Positions 1 to 15,329 of a DNA stretch of 64,000 nt are shown here, in pieces. The notes under the pieces were generated by a model that saw only the letters and a list, made by a program, of their open reading frames with translations, searched no databases and was not told the DNA's origin. Source of the DNA: the human T2T-CHM13v2.0 reference genome, Homo sapiens. The DNA lies in NCBI RefSeq assembly GCF_009914755.1, contig NC_060930.1; one strand, written 5' to 3'. Both the position numbers and the translations under genes were made by a program. How positions within the stretch are numbered: position 1 is the stretch's first letter; each line of letters opens with the position of its first letter.

Positions 1-337
1 TTTAAACTAGAAAGAGATGAGGGAGTTAGAAGGGAGGGCTGCCCGCCCCAGGCACAGCCAGGGGAGAGTGCTAAATGTGGTTATCAAGAGATCAAAGAAC
101 CAAGGAGAGACTCCTTTGATCTGATGCTTGTCAGAGTTGCAATTAGATCTTTGAGACGCTGCACTTGGCCTCCCCTCCCTTCTTCAGTATTTCTTCTTTC
201 TTCATGGACACCTGGGAGTGCCAGACCAAGGCAGGTCCCAGAAAAAGCCGGTGTGGCTATGTGAGATCCAAGTGTGCCCTAGGACACGGGAGGCATAATC
301 TTTCTCGGAGAAAATCCCTTTTATAAATGCATTAGCT

Positions 338-770
338 TTTTTTTTTTTCTTTTTGAGATGAAGTCTCGCTCTTGTCGCCCAGCCTGGAGCGCAATGGTGA
401 AATCTCGGCTCACTCCAACCTCTGCCTTCTGGGTGCAAGCGATTCTCCTGCCTCAGCCTCCGAGTAGCTGGGATTACAGGCACGTGCCACCACAGCCGGC
501 TAATTTTTTGTAGTTTGTAGAGAGGAGATTTTGCCATGTCGGCCAGGCTGATCTTGAACTCCTGACCTCAGGTGATCTGCCCCCTTCAGCCTCCCAAAGT
601 GCTGGAATTACAAGCGCCCTCCACCACACCCGGCTAATTTTTGTATTTTTAATAGAGACGGGGTTTCACCATGTTGGCCAGGCTGGTCTCGAACTCCTGG
701 CCTCAGGTGATCCACCCACTTTGGCCTCCTAAAGTGCTGGGAATACAGGCGTGAGCCACTGCGCCCTGCC
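338..770 (-). mobile_element. Trimeric (left-left-right) AluS chimera
   Basis: Poly-T, right arm, linker and left arm, then a second linker and left arm ending GCGCCCTGCC; no matching TSD. Confidence 0.93.
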
Positions 771-2109
771 ACAGTTGCTTATTTTTAAGGCCTGGGGGAA
801 AGGTGAATGGGGTCCCTCACCCCCACACCCGTTATACCTGCAAATGCCTGTTCCAGTGTATGAGCTGATATGAATCACACTGTGCTTCCAATGCTTTCCC
901 TTTGATACAAATAGGAAAGGTACCCAATTGGCTGGGACTAACTTTGGGGTTGTCTGGATTTTCCAAAGGTTTGAGAGTGGGAAACCCAGGTGAGGTCTGT
1001 CAAATCTAAGCAAAGTTGGCTTCACATCCAAGCCAAATTCTACCCCTACTGATTTCTGTGACTTTTTTTGCTAAACAATGTAAGACAATGCAATCAAACC
1101 TAGAGGTCTTCTCTGCCTTCCTGTTACCCTGAAAAGCGGCTCATGGGGGACTTTAAGATGTTATTTATGGCAATCCCCTAAGCAGCCTCAGTCTTACTCT
1201 GATGATTTTTTTACACGATTTATACCAGTCCAAAGAATTCAAGAATAATGGGTATATTTCTGCAGCTGAGCCAAACATTTCTTCTCTATCAGTCTGTGCA
1301 TGACACAGAATGTCTTGTGGTTTTAATATTTGTTTCCCTAATGGACAAGATTTGATAAATGTGTTTCCTAATCCCGAGCTATTGAAATATTGATTCTCAT
1401 CCTGACTGGCCTCCTGGGAACGGAGCCAGCATATCTGCATCTCTGGGCTCTGAATTTAGGCTATTGCCCTGCTGGCCTAGCCTGTGAACACAAGGATGAG
1501 ATTAGATTTGCTTGGGGGTGGGAACTGTAAATCCCAGTGAAATAGCTGTCTGGCCTCATTTCTATTTGACAGAATAGGGCAGCCATTCCCCACATTTTTG
1601 GCCAGTGTTATCATGTGTTTACCTGAATATCCTTCTTGCTTCTTTCTTCCTATTTGATTTTAATGTATACAGGCTGTCCAGTGAAAAGAAGAAAAGAAAT
1701 CCTAGCTAAAGATTCATTTGAACTTCTGAATAGGATTGTCTGAAGGATGTAAAATATTTTACAAGGAATTCCAGAAAGATGAATAACTCACACCATGCCA
1801 AAAATGTTACCTGACATGAAAAAATATTAGAGGCCTTTCCATTACTTCTGTGACCTTTGAATGGAGATGAAAGATGGTTTGGACCCATGCTATCACAACC
1901 TGGTGCTGGACATAGTATCTGATAGGCTGTAATTCCATCCCATTTGAAGACGGGTGGGGAATATGTGTGACTGTTTATCATACATCCATTCAACCTCTTC
2001 AGACCATGACAATATTTAGGAAAAAGAACACAGGTGAACCCCGAGGAGATGAATACACCTTTTTACAACATGCTTAATGTCTTCTAAATATTGCTTAGAA
2101 TATTTAGAA

Positions 2110-2750
2110 TATTGCTTTTCTTCATCCCATTTCTTCCACCATTTTCCCAGTTTGGGCTATCACAATAGTCCCCTAGATCAGGATGATAACCTCCTAATTG
2201 GCCTTTGTCCCATATTTATCTCCCATCCTGTAGCCAAACTGAGGTCTCGAAAGTGCCTACCTGTGTACAATCCCCTAGCGTTCCCTATTACCCTCAGTCC
2301 CATGTTTCTTATCTAACATATATGGTCGTCCATGATCTGACCCATCTCCCTTTGCGGACTTGGTTTCCTTCCAATCCCATCTTGAACTTCACCTTCTAGA
2401 AACACTGAAATGCTGTTATCCCGGTTTGCCTTTGCTCATGAAGTTCATTTTTCTTGGAGGTCCATTTCTTTCTCTTTTCCTTGGCTTTCCTTCTCTGTGA
2501 CTGGATATCTCCTCCAGGAGTCCTCCACAATGGCCTCCTCTCCTGACATTAATGGCCTTTCTTTTGCACTTTCTTAGCAGTACCTGTGTTTGGTTCCATC
2601 ACTGCCATAACCACAATTACTGATCCCTTGGCCCATCTATCTCCTTGGTGACATTGTAAATTCCTTGAGAGTACATACATGCCTTTTCCACATTTGTAAC
2701 CACAGTGACTGTGACTCACTCAGTGCATAATGCAGAGTATTTTGAACTAA
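2110..2750 (+). mobile_element. L2 LINE 3' fragment (highly diverged)
   Basis: CCTCCTAATTGGCC, CCATGATCTGACCC and TGTAAATTCCTTGAG resemble the L2 3' consensus. Confidence 0.7.
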
Positions 2751-2829
2751 ATTCAGGAGAAGATTCTGCAAGTAGAAACAGGAATAATAAAGTCAAAAAG
2801 AAATGGGCATTGTTAACATTCTGATTTTG

Positions 2830-2935
2830 GTAACAACCCTTTAAGGAAAAATTATCATCACCATTTTATCAATGAGGAAACTCAGAATCACAGTGATTAA
2901 GAGTTTGGCTAGGAGTCACAGAAAGCAAATGAAAG
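2830..2935 (-). mobile_element. MIR SINE core
   Basis: CCATTTTATCAATGAGGAAACTCAGAATCACAGTGATTAAG matches the antisense MIR core. Confidence 0.7.
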
Positions 2936-3189
2936 AACCCCAACTTGACTGTGAGCACCTCCAGGAAAGGATCAATAAAGATCAATAAAGATTTGTTGAA
3001 TTGAACCAGTTGCTAGAATATCAGCAAGCTTTGCTCTGAGTAGGTTCATCATCAGATCACATGTAGGAAGAGGCTCTCTAAAACCCATCTAATTTGTCCT
3101 CTTGTTTGTGTAGGGTTATCTTAACAGTACCAGTTTGACATAGTAAAAATTAGTTAATAGTCTCTTGGATTTAAAAAAAGTTATTTATT

Positions 3190-3300
3190 AGTCCACTCAG
3201 CACTCGGCAAGTATTTATTGAATACTTATTATATACCAGGCACTGTGTGTAGAAGAATGTGATTTAAAGCAAGAAAACCTGCCCTAATGAAGCTTGTATG
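3190..3300 (-). mobile_element. L2 3' end fragment
   Basis: AAGTATTTATTGAATACTTATTATATACCAGGCACTGTG. Confidence 0.6.
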
Positions 3301-4028
3301 GCAAATAATCGGCCTAGAAAAATTCCTCTAATAATGTAGAATGTACTAACCCTTGACTCACCAGTGAATGAGATATTTTATCAACTGGACTCATGTAAAT
3401 CATGCACACTGGTGGCACAAATAGCTAAAGCCAGAAGCATTTATGAACCACCAAAGAGTTCCTGGATCTTTTGAGTTTGTTAGTTGCAATAGAAAGGACT
3501 GTAAGCATAAAAGGAAATTATTGAAACTGTATTAGTTGGCTCAGAGAACCACTAGGGTAGCTGGAGGAGCAAGCTTGGGAATTGGGCAGAAACAAAGGGA
3601 TGCAATGCCTCCGATCCTTGGCTAACATTCGTCTGGAGAATAGGCAGTGGGGACACTGCTGTGCCATTGGTTCCCACCAGTCAATGTGTTCTGCCCAGCT
3701 GCCAGTGCTGGACTCAGATATTGCTAGTACCACTGCCACCACCAAGAATTACTCTCTGTTCTCACATCTGAATGTCACCAGCCCCTGCTCCTTATGGGTA
3801 CATATAATTGATGAGTGCTGTGCATACACGCGGCTGTGCCCTGGCTGTAAGGGATGCTGGGAATACAGGTACCCCACTCTGTAGCCACTATAGAGGATAA
3901 GGGCCCTGCCTCTCCAGAAGTCTTATACATAGGGGAATTCGGCATCTGAAGAGCCAGAAGCATGGCCAATGTCCATTATAGTCACAACACATTTTTTTTT
4001 TTTTTTAGTCTTAAGATTGAGATGTCTT

Positions 4029-4388
<360 letters not shown>

Positions 4389-4585
4389 TTACCTTTTTCT
4401 AACAATACTAATGGAATTTCTGAACTGCCTTTGGTTATTAGGTTCACTTCGTTTTACAGAAACAGTTTCTATAGAACACGTTTTATAGAAATTGTGATCA
4501 AAGTTTCACCATATGCCTTTCTTTCTGGAAGTAATAAAAAATGGAAAAAAAAAAGGAACAATAATACATTATGACAATATATGTT

Positions 4586-4663
4586 TTCCTCCCTCCCTCT
4601 GTCCCTTCCCCTCCTTCCCTCCCTCCCTCCCTCCCTCCCTTCCTTCCTTCTTTCCTTCCTTCC
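4586..4663. repeat. (CCCT/CCTT)n polypyrimidine tract
   Basis: Directly visible. Confidence 0.9.
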
Positions 4664-4998
4664 ATAAATGCTTACCAAGTGCCTACCATATGCCAGGCCC
4701 TGTGTTTGGTGCTAGAAAATCAAAGATAAATAAGACATGCTCTTTACCTTCATGCTGTCCTCAATATCATAAGGGAAGACAGACATGGAAGAAATAATTG
4801 CCCTGAAATGTTAGTGGTGTTGGGATAGAAACAGGGTTCCATTGGAATACAAAAGCTAGAGTGTTTCTTTTCACCCTGTGGAAACGAGAGGTTAGATAAA
4901 GCTTCATGGAGGAGATGACATTTGAATTGAGCCTTCAAAGCCATAAGTGGTCACCAGGCTGAAAGCAGACGGACATCTCCGGGGCAGGCAACTCATAA

Positions 4999-5630
4999 TG
5001 AGAGAGGCGTTTGAACCAGAGCAACTTCATCTTGAATAGGGGCTGAGTAAAATAAGGCTGAGACCTACTGGGCTGCATTCCCAGGAGTTTAGGCATTCTA
5101 AGGCACAGGATGAGATCAGAGGTCGGCATAAGAGACAAGTCACAAAGACCTTGCTGATAAAACACAGTGAGGTAAAGAAGCCGGCTAAAACCTACCAAAA
5201 CCAAGACAGCCATGAAAGTGACGTCTGGTCGTCCTCACTGCTCACTATATGTTAATTACAATACATTAGCATGCTAAAAGACACTCCCACCAGTGCCCTG
5301 ACAGTTTACAAATGCTGTAGCAACATCAAGAAGTTACCCTACATGGTCTAAAGCGGGGAGGAACCCTTAGTCTCAGGAATTGCCCACCACTTTCCCAGAA
5401 AACTCATGAATAATCCACCCCTTGTTTAGCATATAATCAAGAAATAACTATAAGTATAATTAGTCGGGCAGCCCACGCCACTGCTCTGCCTATGGATTAG
5501 GCTTTCTTCTGTTTCTTTACTTTTCTAATAACCTTGCTTTCACTTTACTGTATGGACTCACCCGGAATTCTTTCTTGCGGGAGGTCCCCTGCTCTCTTGG
5601 GGTCTGGGTCAGGCCCCTTTTCCAGTAACA
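4999..5630 (+). mobile_element. MER41B solo LTR (ERV1)
   Basis: TG...CA termini, 4-bp TSD ATAA, GAGGCGTTTGAACCAGAGCAAC start, carries the GAS-bearing segment absent from MER41A. Confidence 0.93.
5392..5400. promoter_or_regulatory. GAS (STAT1) motif TTCCCAGAA within MER41B
   Basis: Perfect TTCN3GAA at the position of the second MER41B GAS site; the first site is degenerate (TCTCAGGAA, 5371-5379). Confidence 0.6.
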
Positions 5631-6025
5631 ATAATGACAGAATAGGGGCCTAAAAAAGAGGTGATCAGTGAAAGGGTCTCTAAGGGCTTGTGGTGGCTGG
5701 GTCCTAGAGTCTAGGGAGGAGGGGAGGGGAGGGGGCTGGTGGACCCTGAGAAACACAGCCTAACTGAGAGAAGAGAAGGCATTGCACTTCAAACGCTAAG
5801 AGGTGTGGAGCTTATCTGGACAGCATAGAGAGCTGTAGAAGGCAGTAACATGATCAGATTTAGGTTTTCAAAAGATCACAGTGGCAGTGAGGAAAAAGAT
5901 TTGGAATGGGATCAAAAGCCAGGGGACCACCTAGGAGACAATGCAGTCCAGGCAGAAGATGAGAAAATCCTCAAGTACTGCAGGAGCAATGGGAATGGAG
6001 AAGAGGAGATAAAATAATTTTTTAG

Positions 6026-6331
<306 letters not shown>

Positions 6332-7720
6332 TTAGGAGCTGGAATCTGTAGGGCTCTGTATGGCTGAGAAGAAAGGCTGGTGGTGCCATTCCCCAGAGAA
6401 GCCTAGAGGAGTAACAGGATCTTGTCTGGGAAGAGGAGGCTGGTTGGGTAGAGACAAACTAACACACTAGGTTTTGACCGTGTTGATTTTGAAGTGCCTG
6501 TGGATCATCCAGTAGAAAGGCAGCATTGGTAAAGGAGCAGAGTTCAGGAGAAAGGTCCAGGCTTAGGGTCAAAAACAGAGATTCAGGTCTATAGTTATCT
6601 CACCAAGAAACCTCTAGGCTCTCCCAGAAGTGGAGACTAGAAGAAACCTAACAACGTATGTCCCTAAGTGTGAAACTGGAAATTCAGGCTTAGTCTCTAA
6701 ATTCCAAAGCAGGAGCAAAATCTCAGACAACTGAAATCTCCTAAATCTCAGACAATTTAAAATTTAAAAAAAAAAAAAGCATTACATTTAGGAGGAGTTA
6801 CAAGTTTTGACAATAGAAAAGACACTAGGTTAGCAGTCCTGTCTGTGTCCTTCCATACAAATTCAACCCACCACTTGCTTTGTGACGGCAGGAGATTAAT
6901 CTGGACTCGATTAGTTTTTCTTTGCAAAATGAGAACTGAATGAATTCTGTGGTCTCTTGTGGGGTCCCACCCTGGCTGCAAATAAAGCCACATCCTTTCG
7001 TTTTTCAAATTAAACCTGACTTGAGCTTCCAGAGATTGTCAGAGTATCCAATCCCTCTTTCTAAATTGCCCAGATTACTCAGTTCTAGTAATAAACACCT
7101 TTTGGAGAGAAAACGGATATCTATGACCAGTCTGCTAGGTAGGAGGTGCTTTCACCCTTGTCACAGCCTCACTGCAGACCCACACGGTGACAGTTCAGTG
7201 CAGCCTCCTCTCCTGTGACGATGCCACTGCCGGCTTGGATCTTTGCACTGAGTGGTTCTTCAGGGGAGGATGTGATTGGCTCTGAAGGCTCACAACCCTT
7301 GGGTTGCATTTCTTTGCTGGGCCATTTCCTCCAACAACTTGTCAATGCCTGGGCCTAGAGGACTTTGCAGGCCCAGCCACGCCCTGCACCCAAACCACCT
7401 CTGTGCCATTCCGCTGTTGTAGAGTTGGATTACACTTCTACATACCCTCCTGGACATCATGGTGAGTTCCCCTTTCAGGAACACTTAGGGTCTTTTCCTG
7501 CCGACAGAACCCATTCAGCCCACTCCAATCCATCAGTTGAGTAGTTTGTGGACTTACTCATTTACTTTACATTAAAATGACTCTTCCCAGAGCAACGGAC
7601 ACCTCCAGGAAGACTTGCTATCTCTAGGATAGAAAAGTGATTGGCACATTTTAAATGGTGACCTTCTTTCATTTAAAAACAAAAGGTAAAACAATCCTAA
7701 TTAGCAACAGTAAGAAAAAG

Positions 7721-8276
7721 TGTCAGAGGCCTTTGAACCAGAGCAACTCCATCTTGAATAGGAGCTGGGCGAAATGAGGCTGAGACCTACATACTGGGCT
7801 GCATTCCCAGATGGGTAAGGCATTCTGTCACAGGATAAAATATGAGGTTAGCACAAGATACCAGTCATAAAGACCTTGCTGATAAAATAGATTGCAGTAA
7901 AGAAGCTGGCCAAATCCCACCAAAACCAAGATGGCAATGAGACTGACCTCTGGCTGTCCTCACTGCAACACTCCCGCCAGCACCATGACAGTTTACAAAT
8001 GCCATGGCATCAACAGGAAGTTACCCTGTATGGTCTAAAAAGGGGAGGTATGAATAATCCACTCCTTGCTTAGCATATCATCAAGAAATAGCCATAAAAA
8101 TGGGCAACCAGCAGCAAGTGGGGATGCTCTGTCTACGGAGTAGCCATCCTTTTATTCCTTTACTTTCTTAATAAACTTGCTTTCACTTTACTCTATGGAC
8201 TTGCCCTGAATGCTTTCTTGCATGAGATCCAAGAACCCTCTCTTGGGGTCTGGATCCAGACCCCTTTCCTATAACA
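7721..8276 (+). mobile_element. MER41A solo LTR (ERV1)
   Basis: TGTCAGAGGC...ATAACA, 4-bp TSD AAAG, lacks the GAS segment, AATAAA at 8170-8175. Confidence 0.95.
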
Positions 8277-9929
8277 AAAGGAGAAGACGAAAGGAAGGAT
8301 GAGGATATCTCACTCTGAGAAGCAAAACTTGTGTCAGTCAGCAACCCATTAAGCGGAGGCAGTCACTGATTGGAAATCATCTGCCAGGGTCCAAGTTTTC
8401 AGCTGAGTCTGTGGGAAATTGGTGCAGTATGTGGGTAGGGGGAGTCCATCTCCATGACAGAAAGGATGGGTGGTGGTCACCACCACCACCACCCACCCAG
8501 CAGCCACCTGGCCACATATGGTGGCCATATGCTGTGAGGGCCCTTCCTGCTTTCTCTCCTCTTGGATATAAAAGTGAGGGCCAACCACAGGCTGCCCAGA
8601 GTCCTGGGGGTGAGAGTGTCCATCCTGAGGCATCAAAAAAGTGTGGGTGGAGGCTGAGTGATTTTCAAAAAAGAGAAAGGGCAGCTTTGCAATGCAGTGT
8701 GGGGAGAGCAGACTGGGCTGATGCATGAGGCCGCAAAACAACCCAGAAAAACATCTCCGTGGCTTGCACAATCATCCTCTGAATATGTGTCATCAAACAC
8801 GAGACCATCTTTACCTGGCAATAACGCAGCTGAAATCAGTCATTTAAGGAGTTTCTCACTATTACTGAGCCCAACATGGTCTTTAACTGTTGTCTACCCC
8901 ATAAAAAAAAAAAAATAGGAGGCTGAAGTGCAGGAAAATTTTTTTTTCTTCTTAATCACATGAAATGTTGTGAGTACACGCCAGAGAATAGGCCTGAATT
9001 GGATGTTTTTTGATGCCTTAAATTTAAACAGCTGGGCTTTTTTTCTTTTTTTCTTTTCTTTTTTACAGTAGCTGCACTATCCTGTTTAACTTTTGAAATG
9101 AAGGATTTGAGTTTTCATAGGGAATCTACATTTCATCTTAAAGCTGGAACACAGCATCTTTAACTTTTCTCTAAAGTTGAGTTCTCTGCGGATCAGGATC
9201 CTCTTTTTGCTTCTTGTTCATCTTGTATGTCTGGGATATCATAGAGACAGAACCTAGCCGGAATATATACCTGGTAGTTCCAGGACCCTACATCCCATCA
9301 GATGCAAACCTAAGAAAGTGACTTGCTGATCTCTGGTTTTGTAATTAGAGAACAAGCCAAGAGAAAAGGTACACTTTTATAACTAGTGGTTGCTATAATT
9401 AAAGTTATTAGTTAAGGAAGAGCTGTTACTTGGGGCAAAACAATCAGAAGGAAATTTTAGCAATTAAGTCAAATTCATTGCAGTGGTGAATTTTTTTCCC
9501 TTCTGGAAAACAAAACAACCTTGGGTAAGTGTTCTCAAAGAGCATCTTGACTCTGCAGTGGCTGGAGAGCAAACAGTGAACAGTGAACTGTGCTGTTGAC
9601 TCTATCAGTAGGTTAATTAAGAAAGCTGTTAGTGATGATAAAAAAGGCCAGCACATTTTCAGTTCATATTGACAAAATCCATGACATCGGCAGAACTGAT
9701 GTTTGTTCAATACGAAGAAGACATGCTAGAGGCATTTAGGGGAAAAGGAGGACAAAGGAAGCTGATAGTTCAGTACGGGATGTCCCGTATTAACGTTAGC
9801 AGAGTTGTTCATTTGAAATTCCATGTGTCGTTTCCTCTCCTATAAATTATGTAAGCAGAGGTGTTTAGGGCCTCAGATTCCATCAGGAAAAAAAAAAAAA
9901 AACCTAGTTCTCTCATAATGGGGTAATCA

Positions 9930-10040
9930 CAAAGGAGCACTGATTTGGGAGCTGAGAGACTGAATTCTGATTCTAGATCTGCATCTAACGTGCTGTGTGG
10001 TTGGGGACAGTGGATTTGACTCCGTGGGTTTCCATTTCTA
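9930..10040 (+). mobile_element. MIR fragment
   Basis: AAAGGAGCACTGATTTGGGAGCTGAGAGACTGAATTCTGATTCTAG. Confidence 0.55.
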
Positions 10041-10533
10041 GACTCTATGTATCTTTTAAGTACAGTCCAGTTTCAGAAACACAACAAACCTACCTTTCCT
10101 ATGTAGCATCTTCCTTTGGGGGAAATACGTCCAAAACTTCAATATGGGATGATAGGAACCTATTGCCCACCGGGCATTACCAGTCCACCTGATCCACCCG
10201 ATGGGCTGAGTGAGAGGGAGTCCCTCCTGTTCCAGCTGCTGCTGGGGTCTGGGCAAAGACTGATGAGGAGTCTGAGAGGAGACAGTGTTGGGGGTCATCC
10301 TACACGAGCCAATCCTGAAGGCAGACCTTGTCCAGGACAAGGCTTCTAGTTCCCAGTGAAGCTTTATTTCATCTGCTTAGCGTTTAGTGTTCTGTTTCTC
10401 TCTTGTTCCCACTCCCCTAGTTTGTCCCTTTGGAGCAACCAAGCACACAGTATTTGTGCAATTGCTTAGGGGAAATGGAGAGGAGTGAAGAGTGTTCTTT
10501 CTAGACTCTGGGGTGGAACTCCACTTCCTTCTC

Positions 10534-10940
<407 letters not shown>

Positions 10941-11279
10941 TGAGGGAGAAGGCACCTCTCACAGTTTGCCTAGGAGGGAAGGGAGATGTAATCAATGCAC
11001 TCATAATATTTTAACACAATTACTCCTCACCTAGGAGATGAGTTTATAGCATGATTTCTTGAGGCCTTTTTTATCTGTCAATATTTGAGCATTTTTAGTG
11101 ACTCAAGTTCTAAATTTGGACCTTTTTAATGTCTAGTTTGTTAAAAGTGAAAAATATTGACTCTCAAAGTTCAGACATTAGATTAAGAAATAAAAATACA
11201 TTTAGATAACCCCACTTCCTCTGATGTATACGAATAAGGATACTGTATGTCTGGATGAAGTAGCGATACGGCATACTGA

Positions 11280-11649
<370 letters not shown>

Positions 11650-12319
11650 GGGAAAGTCTTAATAGCAAGAGAAAATAAGTGGATGGTAATGAACTGGGAT
11701 GATCAGAGTTGCAGAAATTGGGCTCAGAGAGTGTAGAGAGAAATGGAAGCTTATCTCGGGGAAACTAAATGCACCAGGAAGTCCATAAAAGCACAGTTCC
11801 AGAACTCACCTCTAAGCCAGAGGCACAGAAAGGGATTCTTGATTTAAATAGTGCCAATCTGAGCAGCATGAGAATCTATTGGTTATTTACCTCTAGTTCA
11901 TCCAGTCACACCTCAAATTTGCTCCATGTGATGTCAAGCTTAGTCAAATTGACCAAATGCAGGGAAAAGGATGGCAGAAAAGAGGTGCTACCAGAAACAA
12001 AGAGAAGGGAAAGCTAGTAAGAATTTGACATCTCATTTTTGACAAGAAGTCATACTACTTTTGGAGACATGTACAATCTTTCCATTTCCATGAGTTCTTT
12101 CTCCAAGGCCTCTAGACATCATACTCTGATTATTATCATTAGACTCCTCAAAATCCGGTGTGTCTCTTCATGTCTATGGAATAAAGTGCAGACATCTCAG
12201 CCTGGCCCTTGCAAAAGTTCCTACTTACCTACATCCACGTATGTGTTAGACAAACTCAGAAACAGAGCAAACCTGTGCCTGTGCGTAGAAGGCACATGAT
12301 GACTGTTGGACTCCATAGT

Positions 12320-12870
12320 GGATATTGCTGGTTGCTTATCCAGCACTCATCTAGTTTATTTGTTCCTTTCACCTATAAGAATGCTTGTTCAGCTACATGC
12401 TGAACAAAGGAATTGTTCCTTTAACCTTTAATTATTCTACATGCTCTTATCCTACATGCAGAAACGCATCTTGTCGGGGAAGGGTGGCCTTGATTGGTCT
12501 AAGAATAATCTAGAACCACTCATCAGTGATTGGTTCAGGCATGTCCTACAATTCAGCTCTGGCTGATGAAATGTGAGAAGTGCTTCTGCAAAAATTTCCT
12601 TGCTCTGGAAAGTCACAGGGAGAGGCCAAATCTGTCATTGGATGTTCCATGTTCGGCTGTGAATCCTGGAAGTAAGCCAACCCCAAGGATGGATGAGCAG
12701 AGAGATGGGAAGAGCTTGCATCCTTCATGGCATTTCCAGCTGCCGAAGCAACTAATTCACAAACCCAGCCTACCTCTGTAGATCCTATTAGCGAATGTCA
12801 TCAAGTTCCTTGTTTTAAATCAGTTACGTCAGCACTTCAACAACTTTCAGCCAAAAGCATTTCACACAAT
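12320..12870 (+). mobile_element. LTR16-like ERVL LTR (old)
   Basis: TTGATTGGTCTAAG, GTGATTGGTTCAGG, CAGAGAGATGGGAAGAGC and CAGCCAAAAGCAT. Confidence 0.6.
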
Positions 12871-13027
12871 TCCACGCCACTCTTACTTTCTGTTTTAGCC
12901 TGTTTCCAGCCTGGATCTTCACATTTCCGGCTCCCCAGCCAACACACCTATGCTTCTCTATAAATGCCTTGATATCTCCCTCCCTCTGACCAGCTATTGA
13001 AACCGTGACTATTAAAAACCTCGCTAG

Positions 13028-13323
13028 GGCTGGGCGTGGTGGCTCATGCATGTAATCCCAGCACTTTGGGAGGCTGAAGCAGGGGGACTGCTTGAGTTCA
13101 GGAGTTTGAGACCAGACTGAACAACATGGCGAAACCCTGTCTCTATAAAATTAAAAAACTAGCCAAGTGTGGTGGCACACACCTGTGATCCTAGCTACCA
13201 GGGAGGCTGAGGTGGGAGGATCACCAGAGCCTGGGAGGTCAAGGCTGCAGTGAGCCATGATCATGCCATTGCGCTTCAGCCTGGGCAACAGAGTGAGACC
13301 CTGTCTCAAAAAAAAAAAAAAAA
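13028..13323 (+). mobile_element. AluJ
   Basis: GAGGTCAAGGCTGCAGTGAGCCATGATC (J diagnostic), poly-A. Confidence 0.95.
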
Positions 13324-13347
13324 GCCTCATTAAAATATCACTACCAC

Positions 13348-14094
<747 letters not shown>

Positions 14095-15016
14095 ACCACT
14101 AAGAATTTTTTCCTGATAACCTACTCTCAGCTGTCAGCTGCCAGAAAGTTCTCCCATCTTTGAATTCCACAAGCCCTTGACTTGTCTATCTCTTAGGCAT
14201 TTTAAATATTCTAGTTTGCATCGGTTATTTGTGCGAATGTCGTCTCTCTTTTCTAACTGGAAAACATGGGTCATATCATATATATCTTTGTATTCACTCC
14301 CTCTTAGAAGAGAGCCCTGCGTTTAACACAAAGCACTAGAAATTTGTTGAAGGAAAGCAGATATTACCTGATGGATTTACTCCCCACCCTCTGAGAACTC
14401 ACCCAAAAACTCACTGGTGTAATAATGAAAGTAAGAATACTAATTATGTAGTTGATTCTTAAAATGTCACCTCCACATGAGAAATGTACAAAAGTGAAAT
14501 TTTAACAATACGGCCCCTCTGGTAGGTCTGATTGAATAAAATGTACTGATAACGATTGAATTACATTGTAAACAATAATATCGAGTGCCTGGTAAAACTC
14601 TTTGCATTTAAAATATAAGAGCAAATAATGTAGAGATCCTGGCCATGGCATTCACTGGAATAAAACAGTCAGATGCCCAAATTTCAGAAACAAATTCACA
14701 ACAAAATGGGAACAAAAGATAGTGCTCTCAACTCATTTGATGAAATATTGGCTGATAGGATTTATAATACTGTGATAAACCTAATGAATTTGGGAATTGC
14801 CAACTTGGTATGAGATGAAGATTATATTTTACACTGTAAAGTGGCATTAGAATTATGACTCTTTACTCTCCAAAATCATGGGTTGTGACACTTGCATTCC
14901 TCTTTTATGGAGTCTTTTTAAAACAATGACTTTATTCACTAATCTCTCACTGATGTCTCACTGCAAGGATACAGCCAAAGTTGGAGAGACACTAACTTCA
15001 TCATATTTTATTTTGA

Positions 15017-15322
<306 letters not shown>

Positions 15323-15329
15323 TGACTTA

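Noticed and set aside
1706-1993. 95-aa minus-strand ORF with a CAG/GTAACA donor-like site near 1810
   Set aside because: No recognisable homology and no convincing upstream acceptor
2970-2992. Small duplications GATCAATAAA x2 (also AAATCTCAGACAA x2 near 6718-6755)
   Set aside because: Ordinary slippage micro-duplications
9774-9789. Short inverted repeat TACGGGA-TG-TCCCGTA
   Set aside because: 7-bp arms are expected by chance in 64 kb
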